From the NCBI GenBank assembly GCA_020354065.1, contig CP070640.1, forward strand, positions 482,013 through 523,822: a stretch of 41,810 bases of DNA, written 5' to 3'. Both the position numbers and the translations under genes were made by a program. Positions 1-8,459 of the stretch are shown piece after piece. Below the pieces are notes generated by a model that was not told where the DNA came from, made no database searches, and was given only the letters and a program-made list of their open reading frames with translations. Origin of the DNA: Candidatus Bathyarchaeota archaeon. GTDB lineage: Archaea > Thermoproteota > Bathyarchaeia > TCS64. Each line of letters begins with the position of its first letter. The stretch's first letter is position 1.

Positions 1-462
1 AACGACGGGTCTATCCATGCCGATCCCCAGGAACTCCTCCCCCTCTTCGGCCTCTCGCATCAAGAGATCCCCTGCGAGACCGTCATCATCGAAGGCTGCC
101 AGGGGAATAGCCGTATCTATCGAGGCTAGGTTGATGGCATCTACAACAGTATTGATCTTCGGGAGGGAGCGTCCCCTCAACACCCGCCTTATGAGAGCCT
201 CTGCAGCTGGCCTGGTCTTGGTCGGGTCCACGCCCACCCGCCAGAAGAAATCTCGATAGGCCCTGAAGAGGGGGTGCTCTTTCAACTGGTCGAGGTTCCA
301 CCTGCTCCGCGTCCTCTCGATAACTTCAGCCTTGAATCTCTCAAGATCTGCTTCTTCTCTATTGACCTCGACACCTCGTAACCTCAAAACTTGGGCTCTG
401 AGACCGGGAAACTTCGTCTTGAGAGTTAGGTCTACCGTGATGAACAATGGATATTCCTCCAT
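1..462 (-). CDS. B3/B4 (PheT-like tRNA-binding) domain protein; the 3' end runs off the window
   Basis: My own translation of the minus strand from ATG at 462 to the window edge gives 154 codons with no stop: MEEYPLFITVDL...YRDFFWRVGVDPTKTRPAAEALIRRVLRGRSLPKINTVVDAINLASIDTAIPLAAFDDDGL. The RPxxEAL-RR...IN-VD-xN-xS pattern is typical of B3_4 domain proteins. It is absent from the ORF track because it is edge-truncated. Confidence 0.6.
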   Translation of the reverse strand, partial: MEEYPLFITVDLTLKTKFPGLRAQVLRLRGVEVNREEADLERFKAEVIERTRSRWNLDQLKEHPLFRAYRDFFWRVGVDPTKTRPAAEALIRRVLRGRSLPKINTVVDAINLASIDTAIPLAAFDDDGLAGDLLMREAEEGEEFLGIGMDRPVV

Positions 463-473
463 TATCGATGGGT

Positions 474-1025
474 CTAATCATTGCTGTTTACGGAGTCGGT
501 CTTCGCCAGGTCTCTGATACGCCCCTCCCCATCGATCTCCTTCAAATACTTGTATACCCTGGGGGGAACTAATTCTTCCCAATCCTCCCCCTCTAGGATC
601 CGCCTCCTGATCTCCGTGGCCTCATACTGATCTCTCATGTGGAGCTCGATGCCTCTCACCTCGTATCCGGCCTCGATTAACAGCCGTCTGGTCAGTGACT
701 GGTTGGTGTAGACGATGTCAAACTGGGGTGTCTGGGACTCGACCTGGGAGACCCAGACTCTGTGGGCTGGGGCGTCGGGAATGGGGATGAGCATGTATCT
801 ATCAGCGCCGACTCCATCTGCTGAGAGAGCGTTTCTGATCATCACTAGGCGCTCGCCGGCCGTGAAGGGGTTGTCGGGCTCGTGGCTCATCTGGGCGCTG
901 CCCACAACGATCAGAAGCTCGTTGTTCTCCTCAAGGATCTTCCTCACAGCGTGAAGGTGGCCGTTGTGGAAGGGCTGAAACCTGCCGACAAAAAGCGCGC
1001 GCCTGGACACTTGCACCAACCCCAA
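474..1025 (-). CDS. nadM: Nicotinamide-nucleotide adenylyltransferase (archaeal NMNAT)
   Basis: GRFQPFHNGH nucleotidyltransferase motif near the N-terminus, about 180 aa, and overall resemblance to archaeal NMNAT. The track start is TTG; a GTG at about 1010 just before RRALFVGRF is an alternative. Confidence 0.85.
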   Translation of the reverse strand: MGLVQVSRRALFVGRFQPFHNGHLHAVRKILEENNELLIVVGSAQMSHEPDNPFTAGERLVMIRNALSADGVGADRYMLIPIPDAPAHRVWVSQVESQTPQFDIVYTNQSLTRRLLIEAGYEVRGIELHMRDQYEATEIRRRILEGEDWEELVPPRVYKYLKEIDGEGRIRDLAKTDSVNSND

Positions 1026-1215
1026 GACTCGTTTAAAAATGTCAGGTGACTTATTTAACGTATTTTACAGCCAGAACCCAAATAATGGTTCAACTGTCCC
1101 AGATGATCGGCTGTGAAAAGCCCTCCGATTCGAATCTTATAGATTCTCGCGCAATCGGGTCAGTTAAATAAAACGAGAAGGCTTTACCGAGTAATATTAA
1201 ACGAGGACACGACCG

Positions 1216-1815
1216 GTGGTTGGCAGGGGAGACCTCAAATTGCTTCATCCAAGCTGGGATGACATCCAGCGCCTATCCGAGGCTGTAGCAGCGAAAGTCA
1301 TGGAGCACGGTTATGAGCCAGACCTCATCGTGGCCGTCAGCCGTGGCGGCTTCGACCCTGCAAGGATCATGTGCGACCAGCTCATGGTGAGGAGGTTGGC
1401 CAGCGTCCAGGTAGAGTACTACAACGATGTAGGCAGCACAACAGATGTTCCAAGGATCATCTACCCACTGAATGCCGATGTGAACGGGCTGAAGATACTA
1501 GTGGTCGATGACGTCTCGGACACTGGGACCTCACTGAAGGCGGCTAAAGAGCATGTAGAGAGTCGTGGCGCCACCGAGGTTAGGGTTGCGACTCTTCACA
1601 TCAAGCCTTGGACGACGCTCAAGCCAGACTATCATGCAGCGGAGACAGATGCGTGGATCGTCTACCCCTGGGAGCCGATTGAGAGCATGCTCTCGATAGC
1701 TGCAATGCTTAAATATAAAGGCTTGAGCCCCTCGGAGATCAAAGAGAAGCTAATGGAATTGGGATTCGATCCGAGATTCTTTGGAAGGCTCCCTCATACA
1801 TCCTCGAAAACGTAG
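1216..1815 (+). CDS. Purine (hypoxanthine/guanine-type) phosphoribosyltransferase
   Basis: PRPP-binding motif ILVVDDVSDTGTSL, upstream SRGG loop (AVSRGGFDPAR), about 190 aa type I PRTase. GTG start. Confidence 0.75.
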   Translation: MVGRGDLKLLHPSWDDIQRLSEAVAAKVMEHGYEPDLIVAVSRGGFDPARIMCDQLMVRRLASVQVEYYNDVGSTTDVPRIIYPLNADVNGLKILVVDDVSDTGTSLKAAKEHVESRGATEVRVATLHIKPWTTLKPDYHAAETDAWIVYPWEPIESMLSIAAMLKYKGLSPSEIKEKLMELGFDPRFFGRLPHTSSKT

Positions 1816-2669
1816 ACAGTCTCCTCGTAGCGCCGTCCTCTCCACACCTGCCCCGGGAGGACCCGCTTCAGAGCTTTCCTCTCCAACAGCTGCGAGAGAC
1901 GCCTGTTGGCCTCCTTGACGGTTATCTCGGTGTCCTTAAGCATCTCAAGGGGGATGTTCACACCGAAGGGGCGGGCGGGGACGATGTGCCTGGTTGCTTT
2001 AAACGTGAAGACTTTCCCTTTGCTTATGATGTCAAGAACATGATGTTTCTCGATCCTAGGCGGGCATAACACAAATCCAACCTCGCCCTTCTTTAACATC
2101 TCCTCAGCGTCCAGCTCTGTCTCATAACCAACTTTATCACCCCGCTCCCTCAACCAGGACTCGATGATAGCCATGATTTCGAGGGCTGGGAGTATGCCTG
2201 ATTCCGAGGAGACCATCCTGTAAAAGCCATCATTTAGCATTAATAGAAAATCCGCTCCACCTCTTACATCACTTTTTCTTAGAGAGATCTTGTACGTATC
2301 GAGTTCACTGAACTTTTCTTTTAACTCCTCGATCCTTACTGTCCTTCGGGTTACACGGCACCAGCGGTCGACCTTTATTTCCCGACTCTGATAGTCCACC
2401 AGACAAACACAGGTGAATCTGCATCCAATGCTGCGGAGGGCTTCTACTCTGTGCATCCCATCCAAGACCACAAGGGATTCTCTGTCTACGATGACGGGTG
2501 ATCTTAAGACGCCATCTCTCTCAATTTCCTCTAATAACTGTTCTAGGCTCTCTGGTATCGTTTCCTCGTGGAGCAGCAACCTATCCGTCTCTACAAGAGC
2601 GATGTCCAGCCTGAGTCCATCACTTGGTATTGTATAGGCGACGAAGTGGCTACCGCTCATGTGCCTCAA
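1794..2669 (-). CDS. ParB/sulfiredoxin-fold domain protein (function unassigned; an archaeal ParB-fold kinase such as SerK is a possibility)
   Basis: The N-terminal segment LLLHEETIPESLEQLLEEIERDGVLRSPVIVDRESLVVLDGMHRVEALRSIG matches the ParB/Srx core pattern (hE...G.l..Pi.v....v.DGhHR..A). The C-terminal half is not recognisable. Confidence 0.5.
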   Translation of the reverse strand: MRHMSGSHFVAYTIPSDGLRLDIALVETDRLLLHEETIPESLEQLLEEIERDGVLRSPVIVDRESLVVLDGMHRVEALRSIGCRFTCVCLVDYQSREIKVDRWCRVTRRTVRIEELKEKFSELDTYKISLRKSDVRGGADFLLMLNDGFYRMVSSESGILPALEIMAIIESWLRERGDKVGYETELDAEEMLKKGEVGFVLCPPRIEKHHVLDIISKGKVFTFKATRHIVPARPFGVNIPLEMLKDTEITVKEANRRLSQLLERKALKRVLPGQVWRGRRYEETVYVFEDV

Positions 2670-2793
2670 CTGAACTCATCTGATTATGTTATATGTTTAA
2701 TGGCGGAAATTTAATTGATCTCGAAGTCAGATGTATACAAATAATGGCAGTTGAAAATAGTGCCAAGCGATTGACGCAGTGGCAGGCTCAACC

Positions 2794-3003
2794 TCAGATC
2801 CTGCTTACTTCTTGAGTCTCTTCTATCCTCATGAGCCTTGTGACATAGCCAGCGATCCTGTTCCTGAGCTTTTTTGACACATCCAGCTCAATCTCTTTTA
2901 AGAATTGTTTGTTCTGCTCGAACTCGATAGTGAAGCTCCTCTCATACCTATCTATCAACTCAAGCGAGATGCGCTTCACCATCTCTGTCCGCACCTTTCC
3001 CAT
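2794..3003 (-). CDS. rps17e: 30S ribosomal protein eS17 (S17e)
   Basis: MGKVRTEMVKRISLELIDRY...KKLRNRIAGYVTRL is the canonical eS17 N-terminus and RNRIAGY motif. I chose ATG at 3003 rather than the track GTG at 3012. Confidence 0.9.
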   Translation of the reverse strand: MGKVRTEMVKRISLELIDRYERSFTIEFEQNKQFLKEIELDVSKKLRNRIAGYVTRLMRIEETQEVSRI

Positions 3004-3409
3004 GTCGTTCACCGGACTTATTTCAAGACCTAGCGCTGATATGGAACCCTCTCAGTGTTTTAAATCTTACCCTGGATTGATCCATCCCCGACACTCATAG
3101 AAATTTTTGAAGAATGTATTAATCACTTCGATTCACGTACTGAGAATAAGGTATATACAGTTATAGTCCTATGATTCTGTTTTGAATAATTTTGGCCTCA
3201 GTGTAACTCTGATCGGTCATCACGTCGCCCTAATGCCTTCACATCATTGGCCAATACCTACCATATACTAAGCCGATAAATATGTTGTTATGAAGATAAA
3301 ATTCAATCCTCGTAACCAAAACTGTGGATCAGAAACAAGATGGTTATGCCTACCATTCATTGGGTCACAACAGATATTTACTCTCGAAAGGTTATTCCCT
3401 TGGACTTTA

Positions 3410-4438
3410 ATGTGGCGAATCCCCACTCGACTCCGACCAGCACTAGCAATCCACTTCACGACCCGGTTCGCCATTTTCTTCACAGTCTCCTGGACTTTCC
3501 TCTCCTTGTTGCTGAGGCTTGATCCAGTGACCGTGACGGCTGCGGGGTTCCTGATCACAGTGATCTCAATTGCACTAGAATGGCTGGCCGGACCCTACCT
3601 GATCGTGACCCTGCTCAACCCTCGATGGACTGGAAGAGAGAATGACACGAACCTTTGGTCCCTCGTCGAGAGTGAAGCGGACAAGGCCGGAGTGAAGGTT
3701 AGGAGGATCGGTATCCTGAACATGGAAGCCCCAAACGCTCTCATCATCGCCTCTGTCTCTGGGCACCCATCGATTCTCTTCACAAAGGGCCTCCTCTCCA
3801 GCCTGCATTATTCAGAGGTCAGGGTCGTGACCGCCAACATGATGGGAGCTGTAAAGTCGGGGTTCCTGAGCGCTGTGACCACCCTCTCGGGGCTCTTAAC
3901 CTTGTCACACCGGATCGCAGGAGGCTACATCGAGAGCTGTGTAACCGGTAAGAAGAAAAACATCTTCCAGATGATCCTGGCGGCTATCGGTTATCTTCTC
4001 TTCGTGTTGACCGTGCCCCAGAGCGTAATGGCGAGCCGCCCTATGACCCTCTATGAGGATGAGCACGGCATCACCCAGACTAGCGATCCCTCAAGCCTCC
4101 TGACCGCCCTCCTCAAGGTTGCAACAGGGACGGCGGGAGCGGCTTCGGGGCCCAGTCGCATATTGTTCACACCCGTCAAGGGACTCATGTTCCTCGATCC
4201 AACGATCGCCCTCAGAGATTCAGCGGGGCTGGAGAAAGCAGCCCAGAGCTATGGCATTGACACAAAGAGGCTGTTGGGACATGATGAAAAGGGGTACGAG
4301 AGAAGGGTTGTGATCGAGTTTCATATGTTCGAGAGGTTCTGGAGCCAACCCAATCTCATTGACAGGTTCAGACGCGTGGTAAGCTTCGGGAAGGGTGTGA
4401 AGTTCCCGATTAAAGTAGGTTTGGCCTGGATCGAGTAG
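3410..4438 (+). CDS. HtpX/M48-like integral membrane protein lacking the HExxH motif (probable pseudo-peptidase)
   Basis: The core EAPNALIIASVSGHPSILFTKGLLSSLHYSEVRVVTANMMGAVKSG aligns by eye to M48 PNAFATG...TxGLL...E...AHELxHI, but HELxH is replaced by NMMGA. Hydrophobic helices flank the core. Start moved to ATG 3410 (MWRIPTR), because the track start at 3290 adds an implausible leader. Confidence 0.6.
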   Translation: MWRIPTRLRPALAIHFTTRFAIFFTVSWTFLSLLLRLDPVTVTAAGFLITVISIALEWLAGPYLIVTLLNPRWTGRENDTNLWSLVESEADKAGVKVRRIGILNMEAPNALIIASVSGHPSILFTKGLLSSLHYSEVRVVTANMMGAVKSGFLSAVTTLSGLLTLSHRIAGGYIESCVTGKKKNIFQMILAAIGYLLFVLTVPQSVMASRPMTLYEDEHGITQTSDPSSLLTALLKVATGTAGAASGPSRILFTPVKGLMFLDPTIALRDSAGLEKAAQSYGIDTKRLLGHDEKGYERRVVIEFHMFERFWSQPNLIDRFRRVVSFGKGVKFPIKVGLAWIE

Positions 4439-4440
4439 TT

Positions 4441-5031
4441 TCACTCGATCTTGATCTGGGTGCCCCTATCCTCACGCTTCTTCTTGCCCAGGACCGTCTC
4501 CAGGACGCCGTTCCTGTACGTGGAGCGGGCTGAGAACTCGTCGATCTCTCCGGGGAGCTCCAGCTCCTTGTAGTATCTCCTGTCCGGGGTCTCCACCTTG
4601 ATGGATAGTGTGTGGTCGGTGACATGCAGTTTGATATCCTCTTTCTCGACACCGGGAAGTTCTGCGACCACCTTGTACTGGTTTTCTTCCTCGATGATGT
4701 CAACAAGTGGCTCCCTCTGCTCTTGAAGGTTTAGCGGGGGCTGCCCCTCTCCACCAGGGCCGGGCTTGATGTTACCAAACTCTCTGATGATGGGTTTCCC
4801 GTCGGGGCCGATCTTCACTGAATAACCGTAGACGAAGGGGCCGTACTCCCTCCTGACAGAGCCGTCTGGGAGGCGTCGGACCCTGACCATGTCTCGGGGC
4901 ATGAAGTTCTCCATCTCTCTGAAAGACTCGGTCATCTCCTTCTCCATCTCCTCGATAAGCCGGTCGATCTCGGGGAAGAAGAAACCGCGGCGCTCCTTTA
5001 GTCTTTTTAACCAATCGTCCCAGAATGACAT
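4441..5031 (-). CDS. Small heat shock protein (Hsp20/alpha-crystallin family)
   Basis: The C-terminal ACD reads QYKVVAELPGVEKEDIKLHVTDHTLSIKVE...ELELPGEIDEFSARSTYRNGVLETVL. Start set at ATG 5031 (MSFWDDW); the 46-codon upstream extension in the track overlaps the divergent gene. Confidence 0.85.
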   Translation of the reverse strand: MSFWDDWLKRLKERRGFFFPEIDRLIEEMEKEMTESFREMENFMPRDMVRVRRLPDGSVRREYGPFVYGYSVKIGPDGKPIIREFGNIKPGPGGEGQPPLNLQEQREPLVDIIEEENQYKVVAELPGVEKEDIKLHVTDHTLSIKVETPDRRYYKELELPGEIDEFSARSTYRNGVLETVLGKKKREDRGTQIKIE

Positions 5032-5078
5032 ATCCCGATCAACCTGATCAATCGAACACCCTTTCTTAAAGGTTCGCC

Positions 5079-5393
5079 GTGGGAAAGGGTAAATATCATC
5101 TGATTCCAGAGATACTTGGTGTGATGGCTTTGTCGAAGTTACCAATTGAAGCCCTCGTAGGCAGTACAACCTTGGATTTTGATGAAATCGAGGAGAACTG
5201 GAACACTTACAATCTGAGTGACGGTACGACCCTCAAGGTTAAACTCGTCCTCAGAGGTGTCAAGCGCCTGAACAAGTATGAGCCAGACGGGAATCCCATC
5301 TACGTCATTAACTCAATAAATGTTGTGAGGGCCCTCAACATCCCCGACGAGCTGAAAGTAAAACCCAAAGAGTCCGAGATACCCCCAGTATGA
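5079..5393 (+). CDS. Hypothetical small protein, first gene of the ThyX-pair operon
   Basis: Open frame with protein-like composition, 27 nt upstream of the next same-strand ORF. Probable ATG start at 5124 (MALSKLPIEAL). No family recognised. Confidence 0.4.
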   Translation: MGKGKYHLIPEILGVMALSKLPIEALVGSTTLDFDEIEENWNTYNLSDGTTLKVKLVLRGVKRLNKYEPDGNPIYVINSINVVRALNIPDELKVKPKESEIPPV

Positions 5394-5420
5394 CTAAGGA
5401 TTGGCCAGAGGAGAAGACCT

Positions 5421-5834
5421 TTGAGACTCGACCTCGTTGCACACTCCCCAGATGTGGAGGCTCTCATCGCCACTGCGATGCTGACAACCACAAGCGGAAC
5501 GAGGCCTTCCAAATTATTCCAGCGTCTCCTCAAGAATCCGGGGAAGGTTAGGGAGATCGTCAGGAGGCTTGAGCCTCAGCACGGGAGCGTCTTGGAGCAC
5601 AACAGGTTCACCTGGGTGATGGAGGCTTCCAACGAGAAGGTGTTAGAAGCCCTACTGGCGAGCAAGTTCTTCGATGTATCTCCCTTGGGCGCTGGGAGAT
5701 GGCTCATGAGCGCGAATCTACGGGCGGTAATCGAGTACTCCGCAGGGAGGAAGGAAGCCCTGGCTGAGGCTCTTATATCATCATTGAAGGGGATCATACC
5801 CTCCGTGAAAGCAGTCCAGATGTGGTGGCGGTGA
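5421..5834 (+). CDS. ThyX-like protein, degenerate short paralog (has the HxSxxEH motif, lacks RHR)
   Basis: ThyX-type N-terminus RLDLVAHSPDVEALIATA, HGSVLEH motif, FTWVMEAS strand and WLMSANLRAVIEY, but no RHRxxS motif and no central helical insert. TTG start with GGAG 8 nt upstream. Confidence 0.6.
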   Translation: MRLDLVAHSPDVEALIATAMLTTTSGTRPSKLFQRLLKNPGKVREIVRRLEPQHGSVLEHNRFTWVMEASNEKVLEALLASKFFDVSPLGAGRWLMSANLRAVIEYSAGRKEALAEALISSLKGIIPSVKAVQMWWR

Positions 5835-6436
5835 AAGCAGAGCTCCTGAGCCACACGTCCTCAGACGGATTGAGAGACTCAATTCCGGAGGAACGAATCG
5901 ACAAGGTGGACCTCCTTCCGCATCTCTCCTTCACCTTCGCTATCGAGGGGATCAGCAGGGCTTGCAGCCACCAGCTCGTCCGCCACCGGGTTGCCTCTTT
6001 CTCCCAGCAGAGCCAGAGACATATCCCTGTAAGGCGTCTCAAGGAGCGCGTAGTCACCCCTCCCACCATCGAGGAGAGTGCAAAGGATCTTTTCATTTCC
6101 CTCATCGAGGCCTCGAGTGAAGCGTACCAGAGGCTCGTTGAGGCGGAGATCCCGATTGAGGATGCCCGCTTCGTGCTCCCCAACGCCGCGGAGACCAGCC
6201 TACTGATGACCATGGAGGGCCTCGCCCTCATGCGCTTCTTCGGTCTCAGGTGCTGCGAACGGGCCCAGTGGGAGATCAAAGCCGTTGCGGACGAGATGCT
6301 CCGACAAGTAAGAATGGTGGAGCCCCGACAGTTCGAGAAGGCTGGCCCTTACTGCTTCCAACTTGGAAACTGTCCGGAAGGTTGTTTCACATGCGGTAAG
6401 ATAAACGAGGTCAGCGAGCGCTACCGCCGTCTTTAA
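5822..6436 (+). CDS. thyX: FAD-dependent thymidylate synthase ThyX-family protein (carries the RHR signature)
   Basis: ThyX signature FTFAIEGISRACSHQLVRHRVASFSQQSQRH plus ARFVLPNAAET...RCCERAQWEIKAVADEM. It lacks the HxSxxEH segment. A GTG at 5831 overlaps the upstream TGA (GTGA), suggesting translational coupling. Confidence 0.8.
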   Translation: MVAVKAELLSHTSSDGLRDSIPEERIDKVDLLPHLSFTFAIEGISRACSHQLVRHRVASFSQQSQRHIPVRRLKERVVTPPTIEESAKDLFISLIEASSEAYQRLVEAEIPIEDARFVLPNAAETSLLMTMEGLALMRFFGLRCCERAQWEIKAVADEMLRQVRMVEPRQFEKAGPYCFQLGNCPEGCFTCGKINEVSERYRRL

Positions 6437-6511
6437 GATCCACGTAAACCTAACGTACTTAAAATATGGGATATGTTTGGAAGAAAGCATTCTCACTGTG
6501 TAAAAGCAGTA

Positions 6512-6775
6512 TCATACCTCGAAAGCGATTACCCGCCCGGTGACAGGATCTATTTGGAATTTGAAGTGGATATGGTCTTTACTGAACCAGCCCTTCTTCA
6601 CCACCACATCCCCCTCGACCTCCCAGATGTCCTTCTGTGCCCCGGTCTGATACCATGATCTGGAGAACGTTACCTCTTTGACCCTGTTTGAACCAAATTG
6701 TGAGACCAGAAACCTCTTGGCGACCGCTTGGGCACTGGTGGCGTCATCGACCCTGACTCCCGACATCTGTATCAT
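6512..6775 (-). CDS. Hypothetical small protein
   Basis: An 87-codon ORF with normal composition. No family recognised. Confidence 0.35.
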   Translation of the reverse strand: MIQMSGVRVDDATSAQAVAKRFLVSQFGSNRVKEVTFSRSWYQTGAQKDIWEVEGDVVVKKGWFSKDHIHFKFQIDPVTGRVIAFEV

Positions 6776-7255
6776 CGATGAAATGGAACCAGGAATATAT
6801 GAAACACGCGGTCCAAGAGCTCAGTAACCCTTTCTCGGATCACGGGCACACAAGAGAGGCTCGTGGTAAAAAACCTTCTAATAATCCTTCCGATCCAGCT
6901 CCTTCCCCCAGTAGACCCTGTTGCCCCCCTCAGCCAGGAGCACTTCTACTCCCTCCCCCTCATTCAGTCTCATGCACCACCCTGTAACATCTGCACCAAC
7001 TCCACATCAGGATAGATAGCATCTATCTGGTGCCCATGCTTCTCCCCGAACTAGTTCCCATCAGTGAAGGGCACCTGATACTCCCTAGGGATCCCACTCA
7101 CTACGACCTTCACCATCGATCTTCCTCCCGGAAAACGGCTCTTTAGTATAAAAGTGTAGGCAGGATATGCCTTCCACATGAATAAACTTTAAATCTTATT
7201 CCTCTATCAAGATTACCGATTGGAACACTCCTAGAGAAATACGAGGGTTACAGTT

Positions 7256-7546
7256 TTGTCCGCAGGTAAACAATGTTTCCCTAAATGCCGCGATTTTAAG
7301 TGCATCAAAAGGTCGCTCAGACTAAGGGGTAAGCAGGCCTGGTGCGAATGGACAAACGAGAACTGCAGCCCCAGAAGCTGCACTTATGCTTCGTGCTTCC
7401 GGCGTCAGCTCCTCGAAGACGGTGTCTGCGGTAAGACCATCAAACGAAAGACCCGGGACGATCACGAGCCCGACGACTTCCTCCTCGACGAGATCCGTGC
7501 AAGGGGCAAGCTGATGCGCAAGACGGGGGAGAGATCAATCTTCTAG
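7256..7546 (+). CDS. Cysteine-rich small protein (8 Cys in the first 58 aa) with a basic/acidic tail
   Basis: Cys spacing is C-x3-C-x4-C ... C-x6-C-x4-C-x4-C ... C. Only a TTG start is available. It lies 56 nt upstream of the Met-10+ methyltransferase gene on the same strand. Confidence 0.45.
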   Translation: MSAGKQCFPKCRDFKCIKRSLRLRGKQAWCEWTNENCSPRSCTYASCFRRQLLEDGVCGKTIKRKTRDDHEPDDFLLDEIRARGKLMRKTGERSIF

Positions 7547-7602
7547 CCCCCTATGGGAAACCACTGGATAAATAAGGTCAATAGAACGACTCTATCCCCC
7601 AG

Positions 7603-8454
7603 ATGAGTCACGATCTGCGAGCGGAGCTAATGGAAATTCTTCCTGAGGAAAAGATCCCTTTGATCACCAGATCCTTCGATATCTATGGATCCAAGCGAAA
7701 GGCGGTGGCAATCATCGAGATCCCCAAAGAGCTGGGGGATGTCGAGGGAGCGATCGCACAGGCCCTGATGAAGATCAACAAGAACGTGAAGAGCGTCCTC
7801 GTGAAGGAGTCTGGGCGAGAGGGAGCATTCAGGACCCGAGAGCTCAGGCTTGTCGCTGGAGCCCCCGATACGGAGGTTCTCCACAGAGAGGCCGGATGCC
7901 TGTTCAGGCTAGACCCCAAGACCGTGTACTTTTCTCCGAGGGAGAGCTCGGAGAGGGATCGGCTCACTGCTGCAGTCAATGAGGGGGAGGAGGTCCTTGT
8001 CATGTTCAGCGGAGTCTGTCCCCTCCCCATTCGCATTGCGAAGAAGCATAAGCGCATCCGTGTCACGGCCGTGGAGCTCAACCCTGAGGCCCACAATTAC
8101 GCCATCGAGAACATCCACCTGAACAGGGTCGGGGACCGGGTCTTGGCTCTCCAAGGCGATGTAAGGGAGATCTGCCCCAAGCTCGGTAGGCTTTATGACA
8201 GGATCGCCATGCCTCTGCCTAAGGGTGCCTTCAGATTCCTTGATGTTGCGGTGCCCCTCTTGAAAGACGAGGGGTTCCTCCACATGTATCATTGGGCCGA
8301 TGAGAATGACCTCTTCTCAGAAGCAAAAGGGCATATTCGTGGGGCAGCGGAAGCCGGAGGCAAGGTTGCGGAGTTTGTCAACTGGGTCAGAGTCTCCCAG
8401 TACAGCCCGAGAACTTGGAAAGTAAGGATCGACGCGAGAATCTCCCCCCTCTGA
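7603..8454 (+). CDS. Met-10+ family tRNA-modifying SAM-dependent transferase (Trm5/Taw2 type)
   Basis: The VLVMFSGVCPLPIRIA SAM-binding region, TAVELNPEAHNYAIENIHLN, and DRIAMPLPKGAFRFLD (the NLP-loop equivalent) are typical of the Trm5/TYW2 family. At 283 aa there is no D1 domain, so m1G37 versus wyosine-pathway activity cannot be distinguished. Confidence 0.75.
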   Translation: MSHDLRAELMEILPEEKIPLITRSFDIYGSKRKAVAIIEIPKELGDVEGAIAQALMKINKNVKSVLVKESGREGAFRTRELRLVAGAPDTEVLHREAGCLFRLDPKTVYFSPRESSERDRLTAAVNEGEEVLVMFSGVCPLPIRIAKKHKRIRVTAVELNPEAHNYAIENIHLNRVGDRVLALQGDVREICPKLGRLYDRIAMPLPKGAFRFLDVAVPLLKDEGFLHMYHWADENDLFSEAKGHIRGAAEAGGKVAEFVNWVRVSQYSPRTWKVRIDARISPL

Positions 8455-8459
8455 ATTTC

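Noticed and set aside
1127-1136. GATTCGAATC in the nadM / phosphoribosyltransferase intergenic region resembles a tRNA T-loop.
   Set aside because: There are no complementary T-stem arms, acceptor stem or D arm around it, so it is not a tRNA.
3073-3087. The exact 15-mer TGGATTGATCCATCC (containing the TGGAT-TG-ATCCA inverted repeat) also occurs at 31999-32013. Both copies are next to TATA-like boxes.
   Set aside because: About one exact 15-mer repeat is expected by chance among all position pairs on both strands of a 42-kb window. The spacing to the TATA-like element also differs (11 versus 6 nt). It is not significant on its own and would need a genome-wide motif search.
6878-7116. Minus-strand reading MVKVVVSGIPREYQVPFTDGN-TAG-FGEKHGHQIDAIYPDVELVQMLQGGA, followed by an ATGA-overlapping 31-aa ORF. 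The in-frame TAG could hint at pyrrolysine or readthrough.
   Set aside because: TAG is the ordinary stop of several confident genes in this window, for example the NMNAT and phosphoribosyltransferase genes. No pyl genes or methylamine methyltransferase context are present, and the pieces match no family I recognise. It is most simply a decayed small gene or noise.
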